Positions 27,601 through 39,600 of a DNA stretch of 64,000 bases are shown piece by piece (position 1 is the first letter of the stretch; every line of letters starts with the position of its first letter). The stretch is taken from the NCBI GenBank assembly GCA_030141605.1, contig JAQGDQ010000292.1, positions 186,001 through 250,000 of the forward strand. The letters run 5' to 3'. A program made the translations under genes and the position numbers. Under the pieces are notes generated by a model. That model did not search any database. It saw only the letters and a list, made by a program, of their open reading frames with translations, and was not told the DNA's origin. Source of the DNA: Tubiluchus corallicola (Eukaryota; Animalia; Priapulida).

Positions 27601-30600
27601 ATAATTCCATTTCAAAGTAATTGCCACCAACTTCGATTGCTTCCAATTCTATACATGTTTTTGCAGAACACAGCAGTTGTGTCGTTTCTGATTCTGTCCA
27701 AGTAATATTCAACTGATTTGGTAAAATGTCAAGGCTTGCAGGAACAACAACTGTGTGCATCATGCACATCAAATGTATCACTTCTACTTCAGTCCACGCC
27801 AAATTGACATCAATTGGCAAAAGATCAACAGACTTATATTGTGCTACATTTAATTCAGATAAAATAAGCGACACAATCCACAGAGTGCTCATCTCAGAAT
27901 CTGGCCACCTTAATGTTACTGCATTTGGCATTTCTTCTGCTTTACTTACAACAAACTCATGGTCCAGCTTGCTCCATAGTTCTGTTATTTCACACTCATC
28001 CCAAGCTAATGTTACAGTGGGCAAATATTCAGTCCCTTGTCCCAAAGCTATTTCAAGTAAGCATGAGCAATAAAATTCAATTAAATTGGCAGATGTTAGC
28101 ACTGTTGACACTGTTGATGTCGTCTCTGCACAAATGGCATTCCATTTTAATACAGTTCTGTCAGACAACTGCCTAACAATAGCATCTTCAAAGTTCAATG
28201 AAATCTCCATCTCAGTGTTAGATATTTTACCTTCGTGAGGGCATGATTTTGTTCCGTCTTTCCACAACAAGTGAACTTCCGTAAGTTCCTCCGAATTTTC
28301 AATGCACAGTGGTAATGGCCATTTGACATATTCATTGTCTGCTAAGCTGTACATGTCAGGGTCTGACATTTCTAAAACAATACAAATAGGAAAACTAGTG
28401 ATTTGTTGAACAGAAGCAGTGTCTCTTGCACAAGCTGCTCTCAACCACGATAATAGATTTGTTATCAAGGTATTTGTCAAATGCAAAGCCATTCTTTCAG
28501 ATGCTAGTGTTATTTCAACGAAAAACCACGTTAAAACTACACTGCTTTCCGTTAAGTGGAAACTGGCTTCATGGCATTCTAAATTTACAATATTTTTAAA
28601 TGGTGCATTGAATCTTTCTTTATTGCTGTTAGCTTCATCATCTGACTGAACACTCTCACTTTTTATGCCAGCGGTATGGGCATCTGACCAATGCAAATGC
28701 AGCTTTCCTATTAGTGTTCTCGTATCAGGTAGCAACCACATATAAACAGCATTATCAACTATTTCTTGTAAGTTGGACTGTGGCAGGTCTATGACAACCT
28801 GGATAGGCCATTTAATGCTACTTTGAACTTTAATGATGCTATATTCAGTCCAAGGGATGATCAAATTAAAAGACAATTCGGATACGATTGGTACAGTCCA
28901 TTTTAAGATCAACTTACGTTCCTGTTCTACTGTAAGCACTTCTGCTTCTGTTACTTCCAAAATAACCTTATTTGGCCATATGTTTATTTGCTCTAATGCT
29001 TTAGATTGTTCCTCTAATGTATCAACTACACGAGCATCAGCTAACTTTAAATTACTCTCAATGGGCACATATTCAAATGACCACTGAGTTAGAGTATTAC
29101 ATCTCAAATGGCTCACTTCAACGTCAGACATCTCGAATGCGAAGCGAACAGATTGGAGAAAAACTTTTTGAAGTAGCTGATTTGTCTGCAAGCTGATGCA
29201 AGCAGGTAGTTGAGTGTACTCCAACTCTGTCCACTTTAACGTAATATCACTAGCAGTTTGAGTTACATGTGCTTTTGTGGCATTTAAAGGTACCACTGAC
29301 TGTGATTTGGTGTGTTCTGACCAGTTATTACTTGTCAAAGCATCACGAAATTTCAAGGCAACATTTCTCGGTAACTTGTTCAATTTTGGAAAAAGCCAAT
29401 ACAAATGAGCATTGGGCTTGAGTTGAATTAAGTCATTGGTAGTTAATTGTACAGTAACATGCTCAAAACTTAACATCAACTTACTTAAAAGTTCACTGAC
29501 ATCAACTACTGTGAAACAGAAACTAGTTTTGCAAGCTAAATCTGGAAAAGCAACAGCATCCCACTTTAATTCAGCATTCGACAGATACTTAACTACATCA
29601 GCTGTTGCAAAGTCTAAATATATCACAGCTCGTGGAATGCAAGACTGAACAGTAGTATTCAAAACAACAGAATCACAAACAACAGGTATTTCTGGTTGAA
29701 GGTTAAACTGCACAGCTTCAGAACTTTTCAAAAGAACATGACTAGTTACATCACTTACATTTTGACATTTCCACACCAATGCTGTGTTACTTTTTAACTC
29801 AAACAAATCAGTGTAAAGTAGTTCAAAAGTAACCAGCTTATCTCTTAACCATGTAGTACTCTCGCATAGGGATACAAATGGTTTTCCCCACTGAAGTACT
29901 ATCTTCGTGGGAAGGCAATAACAATTCACGTAGTCCCACATAAAGGTCATTCCAGTTTCTTTTTGATTCACTTCAGCTTGTGCACCATCTAGAGAAATCA
30001 CATCTGACATTAACTCATCACTTACATCTTTAAGCTCACTACTGTCACACTCAGAATACTTCAAGAAAACTTCATCAGCACTCAACTGCAACAGAGACCA
30101 TTGCAGAATAGAACCAGGCCGAAGGTGCACAAAATCAGACCACGACAAATGCAAGGTAAGAGAAAAAGATCCCAAAGAAAGTAGTTGCACAAGCTCATAT
30201 GCTTTAACTGCTGAAAGCATCATGGCTACATGACTGGAAAACTGACGAGATTTTGCACCAAGCCAGTTTAAGTGGATTTTCTGTTCTTTTACAATTACCT
30301 GGGCTTCTGAGCAGTGTAAGAGAAAATCACTACAATCTGAAATTTCTACCACTGAATCATTGTCATAACTACTTATCTCTGCATCTGAAGCTTTTAAGAA
30401 AAGAGATAAACTCTCAATTCCAACAAACCTCCACTGGAACAATGTATTACAGCAAAAAGACAATAGCTGGCTGACAGACAGTTCAACAGTAACATTTACG
30501 AACCAAGTATTAATTTTATTCAGAATGTGAGCCTTTCCCATTTCAGACCACTTCATTACAACATTTGTTGGTACATCATAATAGCTTATATCAAACCATC

Positions 30601-33600
30601 TCAATAAAATGAACTCTCCATTTTCAGTAAATTCAGCATCCGTTACATCTAACATAATTATATCTGCAGCTGCAGGAGTCTTGCTTTCACTAAATGGCAT
30701 ATTTTGTGCTTCGGTTATTTCTGAATCGCATAGCTTCAATGTCACATTACCTGGACCAAATAAGTTTAGCATTAAATCTGTCCACTGAAAAGAAGAGTTA
30801 TGCTGAATGTGCATTAACTCAGTTTGAGATAATTCTAAAGTAAAATTTGAGGTGCCTAAAGAACAAAATCTTAGCAATTTGTTATATACATTTTCTATCC
30901 AGTGGATCACAATATGACATGGCAAACTAGCGGTTTGTAAGCCTGTCCATTTTAATAAGATGGTATCTTGCTCGTTAATCATATCTGCTTTGAACACATC
31001 CAAATAGACAGAAGTTGCAACCTCCAAATTCTTACTTGTGTCACAAACCGTGTCAGTATCCTGAATTTTTGTTTGTTTTGAATCCAACAAGCGAAGGTGT
31101 ATATCTTCCAAATCAGTAACATAAGATACTTTCCAAGAAAGAATGGTGTCATGGAGATATGACCATAGGTCAACATGCTTTATGTTTAGAGTAATATTCA
31201 ATAACCAAGATGTGATCTTATTCCTAATTTCCACAATTTTAGATTCTTTCCAGTGTAATATTATAGATCTGGGCAGTTCATAACAATAAACAGAAGGCCA
31301 TTTTAAAATCAATTTAGAATGTATTTGGTCTACCTGTGCTACTGTACAATCTAAAACTATGATTTCTGAAACAGAGGCAGAGGCAGCCAAATTGCGCAAA
31401 TCTTCAGCTAATCCTTCTTGCATCAAGATCGTTTCTGCTTCAGATAGTTTTAGATGGAAAGTGTTCGGCAGTTCTGCAAAGACGGACAAGGTCCAGAATG
31501 AAGCAGAGTCATAACAAACATTTAACAACTCCGACTGTGACAATTCCACAGAAACATCAACAGACCCCAACAAAAGCCTCTTTAAGAGTTCACTGCGCTT
31601 AGCGTCAGTCAATTCAAGAACAATATTGCAGGGAAAACGGTTACAAAACTTGTCAAAACATCTCAAAGTCAAAGTCGGATGACTTTCAGATATTTCTATA
31701 TTCAACCAATCCAGAAAAACTACAGAATCAAATATACCCATCTCTGCACATTCGTCTTCAGATTCAGTCACACGAGCATCTTTTCCAGCTAAAAGCACAC
31801 AATCTGCTTTATATTCAGGTAGCTTCCACTGCAACAAGGAAGTGCAAGACAATAACAGCAACTGCTTGCAATCAAGTTCAACTGTAATGTCTAACAACCA
31901 AGATAACGTATTGCAAATTTCTGGCAAATTATTCCAATGTAACAAAACCTCAGATGAAACCATGAAACAATTCAATGCAGACCACTTCAAGAAAACCTTC
32001 CTCTGGTGTTGTTCGACTAGAGCTTCTGTACTGGATAAGCTAACGTTAGGCAATGCTGCAAACGTACTTAGCTTTGATAAATCAAGCCATTTGCTATATG
32101 TGTCAAATGTTCTCGCCTCTAACCACTTAAAATTTACTTGACTTGGCAACTCTGCATGAGGTGGCAACAGCCATTGAGACACCCAGTTGTCTTGAATTTT
32201 TACTAAATCAGAAAGAGACAATTCAAGAACAAAATCTGTAGAACCTAAAACAAACTTTTTCAAAAGATCAACTTGTACTGTCAATGTTATCGGAAAAATG
32301 ACCTTGCAGGGCAATCCTTTCAAAGAAATACCAAACCAACTCAGGCAAATCTTGTGTCTATGTAGTTTCAAAACTGTTTCAGCTTCAGTCAAGTCTAAAA
32401 CAATGACATTTGAAAAAAATTCTGAGCTATCAGTTGTTAAATGGTCTCCTGAAAAAATAGTTAGCTCAGCACTGACAATGTCAAGTTTGACATCGTCTGT
32501 TGCTTTGGCCATCGCTGGAATTATCCACTGCAAAGCAGTCTTAGGTGACTCACACTGTTGATGTAAAACATAGCTGTAAGTCATTTCTAAATGAAAGTTT
32601 ACCAAATGAGAAAAAACTTTCTCTTTGAGATGAAGCAATGCAGATTCTGACCAATATACACAAACTTGTATTGGTAATTCATAACAATAAACATTCGACC
32701 AGCTACACATGACAAGGTGATCAGCATGGCTGATCTCAGCTTGTTCACAGTCCAAAAGCACAACAGCATTAGTTTCACTGTCAGTAAGTTGACCACTATT
32801 TTCAGCCTCACTCCATTTGAGCTCCACCTCATCTGATAACTCATCTTTGTTAGACAATGTCCAAAGTGATGCACAATTGACCGGCAGATTGAACCACTCA
32901 CTCTCAGTTAAGGGAACAACAAAGGTTACATTACCCACAGGCATCTTCTTCAGCAGGCAAGTCAAGTCATTTGCTGTCAAGAACAGGGCTACTTTACATG
33001 GCACCCTGGGAATATTTACTTTAGAAAAGCTTAAAAGAACTTTTCTTGGCAATGTTTTTGTAACAGAATGTTCCCATTTTAAGAATACATATGTTGAGAT
33101 TATACTAGATTCAAAAGAACCGATAACATCTGAATGGTTGCAGTCTTGTGTATAACTTGTAATACTAGCTTGTGAACTGACAAAATTCAATTCACCTGAC
33201 AGTTGGGTACTTTTAGGAATAAGCCATTCTAACAACAGATCATTATTGAAAAACACCAGATCCATGTAAAACAGCTCTAAAGAAATGTCAACTGACGGCA
33301 AAGTGATCTTAATCTTCATATCCTCTAGATTACTTTTCGTGAGCTTTAATACTGCAGTAGATGGCAACTCATAGCAGTAAACATCTGCCCATTTCAATAT
33401 AACCTCATAAGTTTGTTCAACTAACTCAGCATTGGAAATATTCAAAGAAATCTCCGATGACTTTGTTTCACTTACGGCTACTTTGTGCAATGAAACTGTA
33501 CTAACTTCCCGTTTTACTGCTTCTGACCATTCCAACTCAACTGGAGAAAACAAGTCTGTAGAGTCAGACAGTACCCATTCTGCGATAATATCGTTGCAGC

Positions 33601-36600
33601 ATTGCAGCAGCATCACTTTGGTAATAATAACACTAATGGCTATTGGAAAAGCTTCGGTAACTGCCAATACCAATAAGTGTTCCATTAGATCACAAATTTC
33701 ATTATTACTCCACTTCAATGGGATCACAGATGGCAATGACAATGTTTCGAAAATTTTCAAGGGCTCAAAAAATTTACATTGAATTTCTACAATTTTTTCT
33801 CCTGTGCATTGCAGAGCAACTTTGTGAGGTAACCTAGAAAATGAAATTGTTGTCCACTGTAGTACTGCAGTTTTTTGACATCCCGTTAATCTTGCATTTG
33901 CTGGATCTAGAATTATTAGTGATTCTGGACTTTCCAACATGTTTTTTCTAAATAGTTTTGCCTGTACATCAACTAGCTCATTATCACACAAGAAAGCATC
34001 TGCAGTTTTTAGAATGACTTCAGACCGCCATTTGTAAATTCTGCTTACTGTCCAAATAAAGAAATGACTGACCTGAAGTTTCAAAATATCATTCTGCTCC
34101 AGTTTAACAAGTATTTTAACAGTATATTTAGACTGAGACACAATGGGCAAGTGAGCTATTTGTTCCTCAGCTGTAGCTTTACTAGGATGCTTATCAATCA
34201 CTCGCCGATCTGATTTCAGTTTGTTCTGTAATTCAGCCATCACATCAGCAGGAAAATTCATACTCTTTTCGCCCATATCAATTCCAGCATCATCTCTGTG
34301 TGCACTTTTATTTGTTTCATTAAAATCTGCTATCCGATGTGCTGATCTTCCACTCGAATACAGAACAGGCCTAGATTTAAGGTCACCTATCACCGCATCC
34401 ATAGCTGACTTATAGGATTTCTTGTCTGTGCTGTCTCTAGCTGACGTAGGTACAAGTGATGACACGATTTTAGGAAGTGCAATAGGTCCAGAAGTCCTAT
34501 GGCGCTTTGCTGTGTATCTTTTATCAAAGGTTTTGGTTTTGACAAAAGACAGTCTAAAAAGAGTTCTATCATATTTATATTGTTTTGATGAGGTTACTGT
34601 GCTTGCGCCAAAAGAAGCGGACCTGATTCTTGGCTTTGCTTGTTCTGGAAATGAGTCAGCCCTTGGTCTTTTCAGAGGTGTAATGCCTGTGCTTCTATCT
34701 GGACTGCATCCCAGAAATCGCTTACGCAGGTTGCCAAACAATGATCCGAAACTTTTCCTGAATGCATGTCCAGACATTTTCAGGGAAACAACTGCATATT
34801 GAAACTGTTCATCTGAAAGTAAGCATTTAAGGTTCTACTTATCAATTTAGGCTGAACACTCAAAGTCATTAGTGGAAAGAGTGCATTTTCCTGTCTAGTC
34901 GAAAAACTAAAACAACTTATAAAGTAATGATTCAATCTCTTTTAGTGAGACAGGCACTTGTTACAATAAAGGGTAATCAAATAGCTAACAGCTATCTGTG
35001 AACTGTGCGTTGCAAACAATGCCGTGCAACTGAACAGTTCGTTTGATAACAACAACAAATTCATCGCCAAACGTTGTGACCTCTTATTATCAGCTTAATT
35101 AACCTCAACAAGTTAATAAAGATAATTTCTTTACTTTTTTCATAGAATTCCACACATTAAAAGAACCGTCACTCAAGTACACAAATGTTATCCTTAAGCA
35201 AGATCCGTAAGGGACGTTATCTACTTGGAATTCATTTATGTCATCGGTTACTCCCAGCTTCACCGTTCTTTTGGAGGTCAAATATACTAAGATTGCCCCA
35301 ACAGTACTGATCCTGTGCCCTAATACTTTTAAAGCAAAACAAAAACAATAGTCTTACCGGTAAATTCAACTTTTCCCAGGAGGTTTTGGATTTGTGGCGC
35401 AAGGCCAAGTTTGAACAGGTAGAGGCTGAAACATATTAATATGTTAGTAATTGATGAAATGAATATTAATTGCATAAAATCAGCAAAGTGCAATACTTTC
35501 AAAGTAAGATTGGCTATGTAATCTATTTAAAGGAAAACTGGACGATTGTTTTTACTCAACCTCATTTTAATTTACTGTCCAAAATATACATTTTCTTGCC
35601 TATAAAGTTAGCAACTGTTTCTTATACTTGAATAATTAGCTTAGAAAGTTAATTAATGGCAACAGAACACAGCTATTGCTTATGTCAGAAACTAACCACA
35701 GTTTGTGCAATAGCAGGCATCTTCCCGTCAAGCATGTTTGTATAAGTGTTACTGCTTAAACCGGGGATGAGAATGACAAACTGCGAAAAACTCTGAAACA
35801 GGCCGGGGGTTTGGGGGCCGAGGGGCAAAGCACTATGGGGGTTGAAGGGGGCAAAGCCCCCTTGGAGCTAGCAACAAATTGCACTTTTGTGACCATAGAG
35901 GGCCTCTAAGTGGACTTAAAATATCAATTACTTTGTTTCATGCATAATTAAAAATACCCAACTATCAAGGATACATGATACATATGATCATAAAGCTTCA
36001 AAAAATTAACAAATTTTATTCTGTATATATTTTGTTGCCTATATCTCATAAATTATAAAATTAAACTTGGTTCTATTCAAATTACGCTTTGGTTTGTGTC
36101 TGGAGGCCTCAAAGCTTCACACTTGTCAGCAATGAAGATATGCCACATTGCCGTAAAAGGCATGTTACAAATCGTACAGATTATCAAATAAACGATATTT
36201 ATGCTTTATTTGAACTATTTTAGCCAAAATTTTTCAGCAATTTTTAACATCTAGGAGATAAAAAGGAAAGCTGGATAGATACCTTGAAAAAATGCTACTG
36301 AAAGTTTCGGTTACGATTTCGACGAAAACAAGGTTCAACCGCGAAAAATTTTCTCAACAAATTTACGCGATTTACAAAAATGGCACTACTGGTCTTCCAA
36401 AAACTCGGAATTCCGCATATCCGCGGAAAATTCTCATCCCTGTTAAACGTGTGCTGTCACGAAAATGAGCTCTACATCATATGACGTCAGAAACTAACAC
36501 TGCAGTTCATGATCATGGTTATCATGGTACCACCTTCCATTTGTCGGCCACGCAAATGTGACAAAAAAGCGCCACTGCCAATCTTAGTATAGATTCACTG

Positions 36601-39600
36601 AGACACGCATAGCTTTGAAAGTTTAACATAATTTGACTATCCGAGGTAATTATTATTTAATCTAAGCTTTGATTTAAAAAAGGCTATTGTAGTTTTCAAT
36701 ATTTTAGAGCATTCTTTATTCTGAACGAATGTTTACCCAATCGTCCGGTTTTCCTTTAAAGTGAAATAGTCAACATTTCAAACTTTAAATTCAATAATTA
36801 TACAATAAACCTCACTAGATAAAGAAAGAAACGACTAAATATTGATCACTGAACTGATACAGCCACAAAGAAGAGTCCATTGGAAATAACTTTGGTATAT
36901 GAAATCTTTCGCAGTGTGGCATCAGTGTTGGCTAAAATACGGCAAATCACGAAGTGACTGTAAACTTGAGCTAAAACGTGCAATCGTGTACTATTGCAAT
37001 ATGACAAAGATGCACAAATTGGACTACTCTCTTAAAAAATTTAAAAGCAAAACTGTCGAGGCCAAATTATTTCACTTGCAGCCAAAGATATAGTTTGTCT
37101 TGTATGAATTTCATCACAAAATAGAGAATTTAGAATAATTCCTCAATGGACAAAAGTGTTTGGCATATGAACCAAGCCCGGGCCACCACAAAAAAATTTT
37201 CTACAGCTTTAGGAACAAATTAATAGGATAATGTTAACTGTTACATAAAAATTCGTCATTCATAAATTGCAAAAAAATGGGTAACAAACCTGAGAGCATG
37301 TAAGCAATACACAGTCCGGGGCATGTTCTTCCTGTCATACACGTCTGTTGTCTCAGGGTAAAATATCTGAAAGTGAAATATGTACATTACTAAAATAAAT
37401 ATTAAAATGCTACAGCTATGGGCTAAAATTGATCTTGCTTAGAAGTTTAAATTCATTTATCCAAATTAATGCCAGAGCTCTCCTCTCCCCCTTTCTTAGA
37501 ATGCTGTCAACTTGCCAAGTAATGTGAAAATAAGACTAAGTAGTAGACTCTTGACATAAATGTGAACCTTGTACAAAAGAACTTTACAGAAACACTAATA
37601 ATATGTAATTACAATTATTAGAAGCTAAATTAACTGTTTTTAACTACATAGTAATAGTTAATCACAAGATGATTTAGAGCTTTAACAAAGCAAATTCTCC
37701 AAGGTGTGCAAAATGACTGTTATTCTGAAGAAGCAACATTCTAATTTATTAGAGACATTACAGTGATATTATGTTGTGAGGTATTTCCATTCACACTTCA
37801 GTGGCGAACAGTATTAGTCAGCACGTCTGACTGATTTGTAATTTTAAGTTAAGGTTGACTGTTTGGACAAATAATACTCAACTTTTATATATGTATACAG
37901 TCAGACCGAAATTGTAATTTTTTTTAAATTGAGAAAATCTGCCTAAATATAGTAAATACACAGAAAACAGAAAATTCTAATTAGTAAATTAGTCAAAATA
38001 AATAGTTATTTTTACTCCAGCACTGCATAATCAAACTATGCTACGTACAGTTTTCATTTAGTTTTACTTTAAATTTTCCATCACTTAATACTTAGCTAAG
38101 TACATATCTCCTCTTTACTAACATGACGAAACAGGAAGTCATTCAAGCTTTTTTTGAAGGGAAACACCCAAGACCTAATTTGTTTGAGAGGAAATGCAAT
38201 GACACATTTTTGAATACTAAAAACAAAAAATTATGTAACAGCATGAACATAGGCCAGCAAAACATCAACAAGACAAGCTAAAACAGAATGCTTATCCTCA
38301 AGAGTTGATTCATGTATGTCGTGCACGTTAACATCGAGTTGAGAGTTACTAACAGTACAAACTAAACTAGTGCTACATTTCACCACCAAAACGTAAAAAT
38401 CATCAAATCTCTTACTCAGAAATTGTTACCTAACCATTTTTAAAAATTGCTAAAAAACAAGCTGAAGTTAGTATACATTACCTTTGGAAACTCAATTTTT
38501 TCCATTGCACGCACCCAAAAATTTATGTTATCTGTATGTCTAAAATGAAGACCCTGCGCCTAATAAAAAAAAAGTTTACAGTTTTGAAAATCCTAAAATC
38601 CAAATGTTTCGATTTATTAATTCCTCAATGGATATACTCAAGGAACACGTGCATACAGCACATTAATAGTATGATATAGAAACGTCAGGCAAATGAGCAG
38701 TATTAACGCATCATTGAACTAATACATTTTTCAATTACATTAGAGAAATGTCTTTCAGTATCAGTTAGTAACCTTGCGAATCAGAGTAAGAGTTCCAGAC
38801 TTCCCATGCAGGAATGTTTTCATTGTGCCCAGAAAACTAATAAGCTAATAATTAATGTTGCATTTTAATGCATTTATACTTTGCCATATTGGCTAGTAAC
38901 TCTAGAAATGTACACCAGAAATAAGTTAAAGGTATGCAAAAATGAATTGAAAGTGACTAACCCAGATAAGCAAGATACCTTTGCAGAAAAGGCGACACAG
39001 TCAGTTTGGTGGAAGATTTTAAAAATATTGGTGTGCACATTGTGGTTTTGCCTTAAATTTATAGAAAACTACTGAGCACCAGCTAATTAATCCTGCTACA
39101 AAAACAGATGCAACAAATTCCCACATTAAGAAAGCAGAACAAGACAGCCTTTTGTGGTAAAGTGTACAGTTACCAGCCTATCAGTATCTCAAAAATTAAC
39201 TAACAGCTCTATACAACACATTTCGTGCTCAATACACAAACGGAAAATTACACTTGCAGCAGTTTTAAATCGTTGTAATTTTTTTGCATTTCACAACACT
39301 ACTTTGCCATGGTTGTAATGTTTTGTATTTCACAACACAACTTTGCCATGGTTATTCAAGCACATTAAACAAGGAATTACTACAGACAAAAGTTAAAACT
39401 TTATCGTGCAGTTTGGAACTCAGAAAGAGAATCCAAACTAGACTTTGGAGTTAATGTTCAAAAAAACTTCTCTAAATAATATATTTGCCTTGTATCTTGT
39501 CTGATCCCGGTCATATATTTTACGCAATGGTACCGCTTCTGGTGCAAACGAATGGCCCAGTTTAGCCAAATAAACGCCATTCATTAGACCTTCTTCAAGC

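Noticed and set aside
24204-34802. Plus-strand ORFs of 60-126 aa overlapping the giant ORF
   Set aside because: They are antisense shadows of a long coding frame and have no recognisable motifs.
15208-34812. The giant ORF as a transposon or endogenous virus (Polinton, retroelement, nidovirus-like polyprotein)
   Set aside because: I see no RT, integrase, transposase, polymerase, helicase, protease or capsid motifs, and no TIR, LTR or TSD at the ends. The in-phase acceptor and exon-7 similarity favour a host exon.
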